From assembly GCA_036012755.1 (NCBI GenBank), contig DASCPX010000070.1, positions 160,001 to 224,000 of the forward strand: a stretch of DNA of 64,000 bases. Reading direction: 5' to 3'. Source of the DNA: Myxococcota bacterium. GTDB taxonomy: Bacteria > Myxococcota_A > UBA796 > CAJQPC01. Below the pieces are notes generated by a model. It saw only the letters and a program-made list of their open reading frames with translations, was not told the origin of the DNA and ran no database searches. Made by a program: the position numbers and the translations under genes. Shown in pieces: positions 1-10,148 of this stretch (the first letter of the stretch is position 1; every line of letters begins with the position of its first letter).

Positions 1-158
1 GCAGGTGACTGATGCGAAGGAAAACAAATCTTGTGAACCATTGAGACCTCGACGGCACTGCCATCCCGACTGGAACAAGCTCAAGCGCTCAATCATTAGA
101 GCACAGGAAATTGCGTATAGGTCCGATAACAGGCGGGGATAAGAACGACAGACAGCCT

Positions 159-1160
159 TCAAGGTGTCAACGCGGGGACCCTCATGGGCTTGCCGCAGCG
201 AGGGCAGGAGATTTTGTCTTCTCGAAAAACTCGCCAGAGGAGAGCTGCCCACGCCAGCCATGTGGGCTCGGGCCCAAGCGCGGGTTCCTTCGTGAGCCGG
301 ATGCGGAGATGGTCTGGCGTGGTGTCTGCCGGGGGCTCGGGGCCGATCTCCTCCCAGGCCCAGGTCCAGGCGAAGCGGCGGACGGCGAAGGCGGTGCGCT
401 CGTGGGTGTCGAGGAGTCCCTCCGCTTCTTCGAGCCTGCGCTCCAGCTGCTGGGCCCGCTCCAGGCGGGTGGGGCCACCGGCGAGCTCTCGCACGGTTGT
501 TCCGCCACGAGCCCCGGGAGGAGGCGCAGACCGCTGCGATGCGGCGCTGGCTGCCCCCCAGGACGGCGACCAGTGGCTCCATCGGCCCGCCCTCTGCGGT
601 CTCCAGGGTCCGCGCGGCCAGCTCCGCCCAGCCCGGCACGCCGTCGTCGTCGGGCATCATCAGGCGGTAGAAGAAGCTCTCGCGGAGACCCTCGATGGCT
701 CGGTGAGCGGCTGACGATGGCACCCTGCGGGCCACGAGCACCGAGCGGAATGCTCGCTCGGCGTGCTCCAGGTAGAGGCCCTCGAAGACACGGCGCTGGT
801 CCCAGGCGCCGCCCATCCAGCCGGCCCAGCAGGCGGCTGCGTCTCCGTCCTCCGGCCGATGCCACCAGGGGCCCTCCCAGGCCAGGCGTTCCCGCTCCTC
901 GACCCGGTTGCCGAGGAAGTGAAGCCGCTCCAAGGCCCAGGCCAGGCGGTTCTCTGGGGTCCCGGGCAGCTCCCCGGTCACCCTCGCCTCCAGCTCCTGG
1001 CGGTGGATGTGGGGGCGAGCAGGCGCCTGGTCTTTGGGGGGGGGGCCTCGCCCAGGGCGCGCTGCCGGTTGGCTTCATGGCGCTCCAGGTAGATGGACCA
1101 ACAGATGGCTTCCTCCAGTGCCCTCGATGCAGCGGCGGACCTGTCCCCGATTCGTGTCAT
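159..1160 (-). pseudogene. Frameshifted hypothetical gene whose 3' end runs into an IS91-like transposase C-terminal fragment
   Basis: Plausible coding text (MTRIGDRSAAASRALEEAICWSIYLERH...; ...LEARVTGELPGTPENRLAWALERLHFLG...; VRELAGGPTRLERAQQLERR...) needs frame changes near 1010-1045 (G run) and ~500. The last ~30 aa, WAALLWRVFREDKISCPRCGKPMRV, resemble the WAxLLxRVFxxDxxxCPxCGxxM tail of IS91-family transposases. Confidence 0.4.
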
Positions 1161-1319
1161 CGCAGGCGCAGCGCTGTGGCCGGAGTGAGCAGCAGATCGC
1201 TGGCGAAGACCTCGAGCTGTCCGGCGGGGTGGGTGAACTCCTGGCCGGCTCGTCTCAAGATCGCGGTCCCGCTGCCCGGGCGGGCTATTGTGCAGCGAAT
1301 CCACCGCCGCGAGACGCCC

Positions 1320-1808
1320 GTGACCGACGAACGCTCCTCCACGCTGTTCCGCCTCACCGTCGCCAACACCGTGCTCCTGGTGGTGCTGGTGGGCCTTGGC
1401 CTCGTGGAGGTCTTCGGCCCGGAGGATGAGAGCCCGGTGGCCACGTCCCAGAGCGTCGGGGACCCCGTGCCGACCGTGGGTGACCCTGTCCCGGGTGCCG
1501 CTACACCCAGTGTCGCCGAGCCCGGCGTCGCCGTCCCCCCGCCCAGGGCCCCCGTAGCGGTAAAGCTGATCGACCTCAGTGGTCAGCAGCAGGCGCTGGC
1601 CGACTGGTTCGGCGCTTCCATCGAGGAGCTCGAGAAGGGAGTCGAAGGAGGGCTGGAGGGTGTGGAGAGCCTGCCCAGCGAGGGGACCGTGGGCTCCTGC
1701 GTCCAGGCTGGCGATGTCACCTCGGCGCACTGCGCAGAGGCCATCGAGGCAATGCGGCAGACCTACGAGGACGCAGGCATGGACTTCGAGCCGCCCGTCG
1801 CGGGGTGA
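1320..1808 (+). CDS. Hypothetical single-pass membrane protein
   Basis: GTG at 1320 within ORF 111..1808; hydrophobic segment TVLLVVLVGLGLVEVF followed by a Pro-rich linker; stop overlaps the next start (GTGA). Confidence 0.65.
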   Translation: MTDERSSTLFRLTVANTVLLVVLVGLGLVEVFGPEDESPVATSQSVGDPVPTVGDPVPGAATPSVAEPGVAVPPPRAPVAVKLIDLSGQQQALADWFGASIEELEKGVEGGLEGVESLPSEGTVGSCVQAGDVTSAHCAEAIEAMRQTYEDAGMDFEPPVAG

Positions 1809-3493
1809 GCAGACCGCGTCGGGCCCTCCTGCCACGCCTCGGTCCTGGAGCGGTGCGGTGGTGGGTCGCGGCGACCCTGCTGCTGAGCGCCTGGGTGATC
1901 CTGCTCCCGGCCAGCGCCAGGCCATGGGAGCTCCTGCCCGGCGACGGCACCTACCCCGATCTCCCCGGCACGGTGCAGTACTTCTGGGTGCTGCAGGAGC
2001 ACGGCTTCATCGGCCTGGCCCACGACCGGATGCTGATGTGGCCGGCGACCACGGATCTGCTGGCGCTCAACGGCTTCCCCCTGGACGCCCTCGCCTGCCA
2101 GCCCTTGTTGGCGGTCTTCGGCTGGCCGGCGGGCTTCACGATCTTCCAGGTCCTCAGCCTCTGGTGTGTCGGCCTCAGCATGGCCTGGCTCGCGGGACGA
2201 TGGTGGCGCTCCCCCATCGCTGCGCTCGGGGCAGGGGTGGCCTACCAGGTCTCGGGTCCGCTGGTGCGGGAGATGGCCTACGGGCGTCCGAGCCAGGTCT
2301 TCGCTGCGATCTTCGCCCCCTTGGCCCTCGGGCTCCTGGCTCGCGCCCTCGTGGAGCGCCGGGACAGGGACGCGCTGTTGGCCGGGGTGATGCTGGGACT
2401 CTCCGCGCTGGCCTACTGGTATGCAGGCTTCTTCTATGGGCTGGGTCTCGGCGTGTTGCTGGTGTTCGGCCTCATCGAGCGCAAGGCGCTGCTCCGGCCG
2501 AGCTTGCTCTGTGCTGCTGGTGCTCTCGCTGTCGTCGCTCTTCCGGCGGCCTACACCGTCGAGGCGATGGGCCACGTGGGGGGGGCGGACGCCAACCTCT
2601 GGACCCTGGTCCACCACTCCAGCGACCGGGTTCCGCTCGCGGCGGTCCTCGAGCAGAGAGACCTCTTCGGCGTGCTGCACGAGGGCATCGTGGGCTTGAC
2701 ACCCCTGTGCTTCGGGGCTGCCGCGTTCGCCCTCTGGAGGGCGCCCGCCCGGCGCTGGGCGGCGCCGCTGTGCTGGGTCCTGGTGGGGGTGGCCTTCGCC
2801 TGCGGGCCCTGGCTGAGGCTGTCCTCGGACACGCTGCTACCCGGTCCCTTCGCCCCGGTGCCGATGATTCCGATGCTGCGGCGGCTGTGGTGGCCCGACC
2901 GGGCGATGCTGCTGGCAGCTCCGGCCTGGGCGTTGTTGGCCGGAGGCGGGCTGGCTGCCCTGACGAAGCGCTGGCGGTCCGGCTGGGTGGCGCTCCCGGT
3001 CACTGGCCTGCTCTTGGTAGAGGCCTTCCTCGCCCTCCCCACGCTCCCCGGCCCGACTACAGATGGCACCCCCTCGGCACACGCCCTCGCCCTGTCCAGG
3101 GGAACCGGGCCGGCGCTGGTTCTGCCCCAGGGAGGAGCCGCCTCCGGCGCGAACCTGCACATGCTCCTGGACCAGGTCTTCCACGGTCGCCCCCTGGTCA
3201 ACGGGGCCATGCCTCCGAGCAGCAGCACTGCGCCGAAGGACTACGCGATCATCTCGTCGCTGCCCGCGGTGGAGTACCTCTACCAGTGCGTCGGGGATCC
3301 CGCGTTCCGGTCCTCTCTCCCAGAGTCCATGGAGACCCTGCGCCGCATCGGAATCCGGGACGTCTACCTGGACCCGGAGGAGCTGTCGGTCGGCTCTGCC
3401 GAGCGCGAGGAGTACGTTGCTTGCGTCGAGGCGCTCCTGGGGGCGCCCGCCGAGACCCACGCCTCCCTCAGGGTCTATTCCCTGGACCGGTGA
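1805..3493 (+). CDS. Polytopic membrane protein, possibly GT-C-type glycosyltransferase-like
   Basis: 562 aa with about 10-12 hydrophobic segments and a soluble C-terminal domain containing QVFHGRPLVNG; architecture parallels 3468..5156. Confidence 0.6.
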   Translation: MSRPRRALLPRLGPGAVRWWVAATLLLSAWVILLPASARPWELLPGDGTYPDLPGTVQYFWVLQEHGFIGLAHDRMLMWPATTDLLALNGFPLDALACQPLLAVFGWPAGFTIFQVLSLWCVGLSMAWLAGRWWRSPIAALGAGVAYQVSGPLVREMAYGRPSQVFAAIFAPLALGLLARALVERRDRDALLAGVMLGLSALAYWYAGFFYGLGLGVLLVFGLIERKALLRPSLLCAAGALAVVALPAAYTVEAMGHVGGADANLWTLVHHSSDRVPLAAVLEQRDLFGVLHEGIVGLTPLCFGAAAFALWRAPARRWAAPLCWVLVGVAFACGPWLRLSSDTLLPGPFAPVPMIPMLRRLWWPDRAMLLAAPAWALLAGGGLAALTKRWRSGWVALPVTGLLLVEAFLALPTLPGPTTDGTPSAHALALSRGTGPALVLPQGGAASGANLHMLLDQVFHGRPLVNGAMPPSSSTAPKDYAIISSLPAVEYLYQCVGDPAFRSSLPESMETLRRIGIRDVYLDPEELSVGSAEREEYVACVEALLGAPAETHASLRVYSLDR

Positions 3494-5156
3494 TCTCCAG
3501 GTAGCGGTCCACCGGGTCCACCGGGCTTCGGGGCTCTGGAATCGAGTAGAGCTGGAGGTACTCGCCGCCGTCACGACTCGTGGCCGAGGGCGGCCCCAGG
3601 GAGACCTCCAGAGCCTCCAGGAGCGCCTCCCGATCCCCTCCCTGGAAGAGGTCCGGGCGCACCACCACCGCCCCGATTCCCAGCTCCGCGAGGATCTCCG
3701 CCACCTCGCTCCCGGTCTCTCCGACGAGCAGCTTCCCCATCAACCAGCCGCTCACCTCCCAGCGGGGGCCTGCGCGCCGCTGGGTGCCGAGGCAGAGGTT
3801 CAACAGCGAGCGTCCGTGCTCGGCCTGGTAGGAGCAGCTGAGGTTGTTGAGGTACATCTCCTCGTCCGTGAGGTCGGCGTTGAAGTCCGGAAGCAGCTCC
3901 AGCACGGCGCGGTCGGCTGGGGCGGCGGCGTAGGCCGAGGGCGTGGCCACCGGAATGCGAGCCGTGCGCTGCAGCGCCCCAGAGAACAGCAGCACGTCGG
4001 CCAGGGCGGTAGCCAGAACCAGGAAGACCACTCGCCCTCGGGATCTCGCGATGTGCGCGGCCGATGCCGCGGCGAGCACGCCCATGCCCAGGTGGGCGAG
4101 CTGCAGCAGGCGGGCCGGGAAGTGGAAGAAGGAGGCCTTCTCCAGCCAGGTGAGTGGGAGCAGGACCCAGGGCCAGCCGATGTCCCTCTCGAAGAGGTTC
4201 AGCTCTGGCCCCAGGGACAGCACGACCCCTCCAATCGCCAGCAGCAGGTAGGGTCGGAGCTCCGCGCGCCCTCGCAGCGCGGGCCAGGCGAAGAGGCAGA
4301 GGGCGATGACCGTGAAGCCCAGCATCGGCGCGATGGAGTGGTTCGCCAGGTCGATCCCGGGTGTCCAGCCCACCAGGGTCCCCAGCCGAGCCGAGCCCAC
4401 CGCCATGGTCTCGTCCGTGGCGAAGCTCCGCGCGCCGATGTCGAGGCGCTGTTCGCCGCCGGAGCTGGTGAACAGGTACAGGTAGGCCAGCCCCACCGGA
4501 AGGGCCACGGCTGCGGCTGCGAGCAGCGCTCGCCAACAGCGGCCTCGCCACAGCGAGGGCACCCAGGCGAGCAGGAGCAGGGTGGCGACGATGCCGGTGT
4601 AGGCGGAGGTGAGCAGGCACAGGGCCCACAGCACGCCAGCGAGCACGCCGTGCAGTGTCCGCCCGTCCGGACGGGTGGCCTCGGCCCACGCCCACGCCAG
4701 GAGCGGGATCCAGGGACACAGCATCGCGTAGACGTGCCCTTCCAACAGCGCCGTGAGCTGCAGACCGGAGAAGCCGAAGGACAGCCCGGCGATGATCGAC
4801 CACGGCCAGGGGATGCCGAGGTGGCGGGCCGCGAGGCGCTCGGCTGCCCAGGCAGAGAGCACCGGTCCTACGAGCGCGAGGGCCGCGGCCAGGGTCGTTC
4901 CCCTCGCCTGGCAGGCCTTCGCGACCAACACCAGCAGGAAGCTGTCGGCGTGGACCAGGCGCTGGCCGAGGGGCCAGGCGGACAGGGGGGTGAGCAGCGC
5001 GCCGTCCAGGGAGGGCACGGCGTGCACCAGCCACACGAGGCTGTAGAGGTCGAACTGCCGCGACACCATCAGCGTCCGACCCTCGACCGCGAGGGGCCAG
5101 GAGAAGGCGATGGTGACCAGGCAGAACAAGAGGAGGCTGGCGAGGCCTCGCTTCAC
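3468..5156 (-). CDS. Polytopic membrane protein, possibly GT-C-type glycosyltransferase-like
   Basis: GTG at 5156 overlaps the stop of the upstream gene; many TM segments, FFHFPARLL loop, and C-terminal QAEHGRSLLNL motif. Confidence 0.6.
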   Translation of the reverse strand: MKRGLASLLLFCLVTIAFSWPLAVEGRTLMVSRQFDLYSLVWLVHAVPSLDGALLTPLSAWPLGQRLVHADSFLLVLVAKACQARGTTLAAALALVGPVLSAWAAERLAARHLGIPWPWSIIAGLSFGFSGLQLTALLEGHVYAMLCPWIPLLAWAWAEATRPDGRTLHGVLAGVLWALCLLTSAYTGIVATLLLLAWVPSLWRGRCWRALLAAAAVALPVGLAYLYLFTSSGGEQRLDIGARSFATDETMAVGSARLGTLVGWTPGIDLANHSIAPMLGFTVIALCLFAWPALRGRAELRPYLLLAIGGVVLSLGPELNLFERDIGWPWVLLPLTWLEKASFFHFPARLLQLAHLGMGVLAAASAAHIARSRGRVVFLVLATALADVLLFSGALQRTARIPVATPSAYAAAPADRAVLELLPDFNADLTDEEMYLNNLSCSYQAEHGRSLLNLCLGTQRRAGPRWEVSGWLMGKLLVGETGSEVAEILAELGIGAVVVRPDLFQGGDREALLEALEVSLGPPSATSRDGGEYLQLYSIPEPRSPVDPVDRYLEITGPGNRP

Positions 5157-5662
5157 TTCCGACCCCGGCTCAGCGTACCCACGAAGACCAGCAGCAGGAG
5201 CCCCCAGCCGAAGGCCACCAACATCGGCAAGCCCTCGGCCATCGAGGCCGCGCCCCCGGGGCGAGCCACCGCCACCCGGCGGGCAGTGAAGGGGTCTTCT
5301 TCGGCCAGCTGGACCACCTGCCAGCCGATCGTGCTGGAGCGGACGTCCTCTGTCCGGACGAGCCCCGAGAAGAGCACCTCCTCTCCCCCTTCGAGGGGGA
5401 TCCCCACCAGCGTCACCTCTACGTAGCGGCTCCAAGCGTCCTCGTCGCTGGCGACGTAGGTGCCGTCGTAGGGCCGATCGAGGTTGTGGCTGCCGTCATC
5501 CGTGAGGGTCAGCTGGCGGTGGTCGCCGAGGCGGTCCAGCTCGATGACGAAGCTCGTGTAGACCGAGTGTGGTGGTACGGCCACCTCGAAGACCAGGCGG
5601 TGCTTCTCGGGCGGCTCCATGGCCGGGGCGGCGCCGCAGAGGAGGGCGAGGAGCGGTCCCAC
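5153..5662 (-). CDS. Membrane-anchored protein with choice-of-anchor X-like (DDG..D...DG.Y) domain
   Basis: Signal peptide, LTDDGSHNLDRPYDGTYV motif, C-terminal TM helix followed by a basic tail. Confidence 0.6.
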   Translation of the reverse strand: MGPLLALLCGAAPAMEPPEKHRLVFEVAVPPHSVYTSFVIELDRLGDHRQLTLTDDGSHNLDRPYDGTYVASDEDAWSRYVEVTLVGIPLEGGEEVLFSGLVRTEDVRSSTIGWQVVQLAEEDPFTARRVAVARPGGAASMAEGLPMLVAFGWGLLLLVFVGTLSRGRK

Positions 5663-6598
5663 CTAGCCCTCTCCCTGGTCGGGCCAGCTCTGCCAGGTGG
5701 TGGGGCCCCCGACCACCCACAGCGGGAAGCGGCGGTCCACCAGCGCGTCCAGCCGTTCGGAGGCCGACTCCGGGCCCATTACGTCGAGGCGCTCCAGCGC
5801 GGTGATCAGCAGGGCTGGCGGGGGTCCTGACCGTGCCGCCAGCTGCTCCACCGCGAGCACGAGCTCCTGGGGGAGAGGCCCCGCCTCCGCGCACTGGTGG
5901 ACCGCCGCTCCTGGAGGCAGGGGGCCCAGCGCCACGACACGGAAGGCGGCGAGGGGTCCCTCGAGGGCTGCCTCGACGCCTGCCTCGTCCAAGCGGGTCG
6001 GCGGGATTGGCTTCGACGAGGGACCATCGAGCCTGCTCGGTCGCGCGACCGGGCGCCTGCTGGCCTTGAAGGCCAGGCCGCCCAGGACTGCCCCGGCGAC
6101 CCCGAAGAGAGCCAACCAGAGCCACCAGCCCCTCGGCAGACGCTCCCGGTCCAGGGTCTTCGCCTCGGCGCCGGGCCCGCCCGCCACGGTGTCAGCTGGT
6201 CCGCCGTTGAGGATCAGCCGGCCGTTGTCCTCGAATTGCACCCGGACCATGGGTTTGTCGCGGTTGCGGTCGAGCTCCATCTCGCCGGTCCAGCGCTCCG
6301 TCTCCAGGTCGATGGAGACGGCCAGCGTCGTCCCGTCCCACTCGGACACCATGGCGCTCCACTTGCCGTCCCCTGCTTCCAGGTCCAGGTCCTCGCCGTC
6401 GTCGACCACGTACACCGCGAACTCGTCGCCATCCGAGTCGACCAGGTCGATTCGGGGGGATCCCTCGAGCCTCTGGGCCTCGTCCACCACCTGGAGGAGA
6501 AAGCCGACCGGGTGCTCGGGGGGCACCGGTGGCGGGGTTCCCCCTGGGGGACCTGGCTCATCGGCGAGCGCAATGGCGGCGAGCAGCAGGCTCGGCAT
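5663..6598 (-). CDS. Membrane protein with N-terminal choice-of-anchor X-like domain
   Basis: Signal peptide, VVDDGEDLDLEAGDGKWSA motif, central TM helix (WWLWLALFGVAGAVLGGLAF), cytoplasmic C-terminal domain. Confidence 0.6.
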   Translation of the reverse strand: MPSLLLAAIALADEPGPPGGTPPPVPPEHPVGFLLQVVDEAQRLEGSPRIDLVDSDGDEFAVYVVDDGEDLDLEAGDGKWSAMVSEWDGTTLAVSIDLETERWTGEMELDRNRDKPMVRVQFEDNGRLILNGGPADTVAGGPGAEAKTLDRERLPRGWWLWLALFGVAGAVLGGLAFKASRRPVARPSRLDGPSSKPIPPTRLDEAGVEAALEGPLAAFRVVALGPLPPGAAVHQCAEAGPLPQELVLAVEQLAARSGPPPALLITALERLDVMGPESASERLDALVDRRFPLWVVGGPTTWQSWPDQGEG

Positions 6599-6642
6599 CC
6601 GCGCATCCTAGCCCAGCTGTGGCGAACAGGGCCGCTTTCGCC

Positions 6643-7233
<591 letters not shown>

Positions 7234-7329
7234 AGGTCTCTCCTTGTTGCCGGGACGATAGCAGGCTTCCTCGGGGGCCGCGGCTCGGCGGCGCGAGCGA
7301 CGTTGGCCTCGCTCGCACCGCCGGCAGGC

Positions 7330-7716
7330 TCACTCCCAGCACTCCAGGATGGTCTCGATGGAGGTCTGGACGTCGTCTGTGGGCTGCGCTCCCCAGTCCG
7401 CCAGCATCTCCATCCTGGTCTCGGTCAGAGCTCCCTGCGAGGCCAGACCGGAAGCGGTCAGCGCCAGCAGCTCACGGCCGAGGGTCGTAGCGCGGTCCGG
7501 CACGCACTCACCGCTGGGGCCTGGGACGAAGCCTGGCGGGCAGTCATCGTCGTCCTGGGGCCACTCGCTGGTGTCGATCACGCAGGCGTCGGCGGGTCCG
7601 GGCTTCATGCCATCGGGGCAGCTGACCCACCAGGTGCCGTCGAGCTCGTCGCTGCAGTCGTTGACGCAGTCGGCTTCGTTGGCGATTGCGAGGGAGAAGA
7701 GGAGGGTGGTGAGCAT
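7330..7716 (-). CDS. Small secreted Cys-rich hypothetical protein
   Basis: 128 aa, signal peptide MLTTLLFSLAIA, seven Cys, acidic composition. Confidence 0.6.
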   Translation of the reverse strand: MLTTLLFSLAIANEADCVNDCSDELDGTWWVSCPDGMKPGPADACVIDTSEWPQDDDDCPPGFVPGPSGECVPDRATTLGRELLALTASGLASQGALTETRMEMLADWGAQPTDDVQTSIETILECWE

Positions 7717-7760
7717 TGGGGCCGTCCCCGATTCGTGCGCCCCCTACAGCCCGCGGCGGT

Positions 7761-8565
7761 TCAGTCCGGCCGGCTGTAGAGCAGGTAGACCCGGCCGTCC
7801 GACCCGAAGGGCGCGGCGACCGCCACGTCGGGGTAGCCGTCGCCGTTGAGGTCACCGCCCCCTGAGACCGACCAGCGCAAAGCCCGGGTCGATGGCTCCA
7901 GTGAGCGTGAAGCGAGCCACCGACTCGATGTCGACCTCGCCCCCTGCGCCCATCTCCGAGCCCCGGACCACCCAGGCGCGTTGGGCCTCCCTCGAGCCGA
8001 TGAGCAGGTCGTCGGAGCCATCGCCCTCGAGGTCACCGGCCCATGCGACCGAGACGCCCTCGCTGCCTGCGAAGTCCTCGCTCTGGATGGCCCAGTCCGC
8101 GTCCTCGGGACCGAGGACCTCGCCCAGCCCGAGGTTCTTGCCGAGGAACACGTAGACGGAGCCGACGTTCGTCGAGCTCACATCCGGCGCCGCGATGGCG
8201 AGGTCGGCCAGCCCATCACCGTCGAGGTCACCCCCGATCACGACCTGCCGGCCAAAGCCCTCGTCGCCGACGAGGAGCGTGTCCGCGGACCCGAGGTCAC
8301 CCGAGAGGACCCCATCCACGCAGTCGCGGTTCGCGAGCAGCCCGTCGGTGGCGCCCGGGTAGACCCAGGCGTCGGTGTCGTCGCAGTCCCCGTCGTCGAC
8401 GCTCACGCCGTCGCCGTCGACGTCGGTCACATCCGTGTCGGTGTCCGCGTCGGTCTCCTCCTCCACGCAGTCGGGGCTGTCCATGCAGCCCAGGTCCTCG
8501 CAGTCGAAGTACCCGCCCGCGTCGTCGCCTTCCACCCTGCAGGCTGCCAACAGGAACCAAAGCTT
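7761..8565 (-). pseudogene. FG-GAP repeat / Asp-Cys metal-binding-motif lipoprotein, degraded
   Basis: FG-GAP repeats (GDLDGDGLADLAIAAP, GDLEGDGSDDLLIGS) continue after a frameshift near 7870 (GDLNGDGYPDVAVAAPF). The likely start codon reads AAG instead of ATG (K-LWFLLAAC), 5 nt after a TAGCCT hexamer. Confidence 0.65.
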
Positions 8566-8621
8566 GCCGGAGGCTACCGCGTCCTCCGTTGTGTACAGCC
8601 GCGAAGGGACCAGGGCTGGGG

Positions 8622-10088
8622 TCAGCCTCCGTCGAGGCCAGCCCAGCCCTTGTCCGTCGCGTACTTCATCAGGACGGCCTCGCCCGCCAGGAGCTCCACC
8701 CGCAGAGCGCCGCCATCCAGACCCGCGCCGTAGACCGCGCCAGTCTCCGGATCGAGGAGCTCCATCCGGCTGTCGTCCAGCTCGGACCCGGCACCGGAGA
8801 AGTCGAACTCGAGCTCGACGGTCACCCGGTCGTGGGTCCACAGGGGCCAGTCCGCGCCCTCGTGGTTGCCGTTGAGCACCATGATGTAGCGCTCGCCCTC
8901 GTCGTCCTCGAAGAGGCCGACCACCAGATCCTGGAGCTCCCAGGCCTGCAGGTTCACGGCCTCGACCGTGCTCAGGTAGGGGTCGCCCCCGGTCCCGGGA
9001 GTCCAGTCCGCGTGGTTCTCGGGGGTGTACACGGACGCCGCCGGGATGAAGCCCACCCCAGTGCTGGTCAACTGGGTGATGACCTGGCCGACGTGGAGCA
9101 GCTCCCGGTTCAGCTCGGCGACCTGGTCGAAGTGCTCGGTGGTGCCCGTCCAGGTGTCTGTGCTCGTGAAGAACGCCGGCTCCAGGGTGTGTGCGCTGCT
9201 GACCTGGTACACGAACCAATGGTGGCCCGTGAAGCCGTAGGTCAGGCCCGAGTAGACCTGCCAGCGCAGATCGGAGATCTCTGGCCAGTGTGGGGTCGCT
9301 CCCGTGAACTCGAAGCTTCGTAGGTAGCGCCAGTAGGGCAGGCCGTGCTCGAGCCCCGCTTCGCGCACCGCCATCATGTTCTCGTACTCGCCGTAGTCGT
9401 AGCTGTAGCGGTCGTAGGACACGATGTCCCCAGCCATGTCGTCGGCGAAGTAGTCGAACATCTCGTCGATCTCCGACTTTCCCACCGAGAAGTTCACGAT
9501 GACCAGAGCGTCCGGATCTGCCGCACGGACCGCGTCGACTCCCACCCCGATCTCCCGCAGCGCTGCCAGGTCCTCTGGTTCGTCACCGACCTGGTAGGCC
9601 ACGAGGCCGTCGGCCCCCGCGCCCACGCCGCCGAGCACCTCGCCATTGGCCGCGCTCGTCCCGTCGTTCTGGAGCCAGGCGATGAACCGGAAGTCGCTCC
9701 CTGCGTGGGTCCGCCAGCCAGCGACCTCGGCGGGCAGCCCGGTAATCCAGACGTGGGCCGTGTTGGCCCCGAAGTCGTCGAAGTAGGCGTCGACGGCGCT
9801 GGCTGGGGGAGCGCCCATCGATGGCACCAGGCCGCTGATCACCATCGGGTTCGTGCGAACCCAGCACATCCCGGGTGTGAGCCCGTCGCAAGGATCCGCC
9901 TCGACCACCTCGCCTGTGTCGAAGGTGGGGGCGTCCCCGGTGTCCTCGGTGTCGGCGGGTGGGTCGCTGTCGGCTGAACCGGTGTCGAGGGGCACCGCTG
10001 TGTCCCGGTCGGGGGTCCGCGGGGACCGGAAGGGTGGGTCGCCAGCGGCGAGGTGCTCCGAACAGGAGAGCAGGATCAACAGGGACAT
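8622..10088 (-). CDS. Secreted/lipoprotein, possibly glycoside-hydrolase-like barrel
   Basis: MSLLILLSC lipobox, acidic linker, motifs YQVGDEP, DIVSYDRY, LRWQVYSGLTYGFTGHHWFVY. Confidence 0.65.
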   Translation of the reverse strand: MSLLILLSCSEHLAAGDPPFRSPRTPDRDTAVPLDTGSADSDPPADTEDTGDAPTFDTGEVVEADPCDGLTPGMCWVRTNPMVISGLVPSMGAPPASAVDAYFDDFGANTAHVWITGLPAEVAGWRTHAGSDFRFIAWLQNDGTSAANGEVLGGVGAGADGLVAYQVGDEPEDLAALREIGVGVDAVRAADPDALVIVNFSVGKSEIDEMFDYFADDMAGDIVSYDRYSYDYGEYENMMAVREAGLEHGLPYWRYLRSFEFTGATPHWPEISDLRWQVYSGLTYGFTGHHWFVYQVSSAHTLEPAFFTSTDTWTGTTEHFDQVAELNRELLHVGQVITQLTSTGVGFIPAASVYTPENHADWTPGTGGDPYLSTVEAVNLQAWELQDLVVGLFEDDEGERYIMVLNGNHEGADWPLWTHDRVTVELEFDFSGAGSELDDSRMELLDPETGAVYGAGLDGGALRVELLAGEAVLMKYATDKGWAGLDGG

Positions 10089-10148
10089 CGGATCTCCGAA
10101 GTGGGGAATCTGGATCAGGGGTTGGGGCGGGGACGAGACATCGATGTC

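Noticed and set aside
1036..1045. Poly-G tract as a phase-variation switch
   Set aside because: The gene has a second frameshift near 500, so decay or sequencing error is equally likely.
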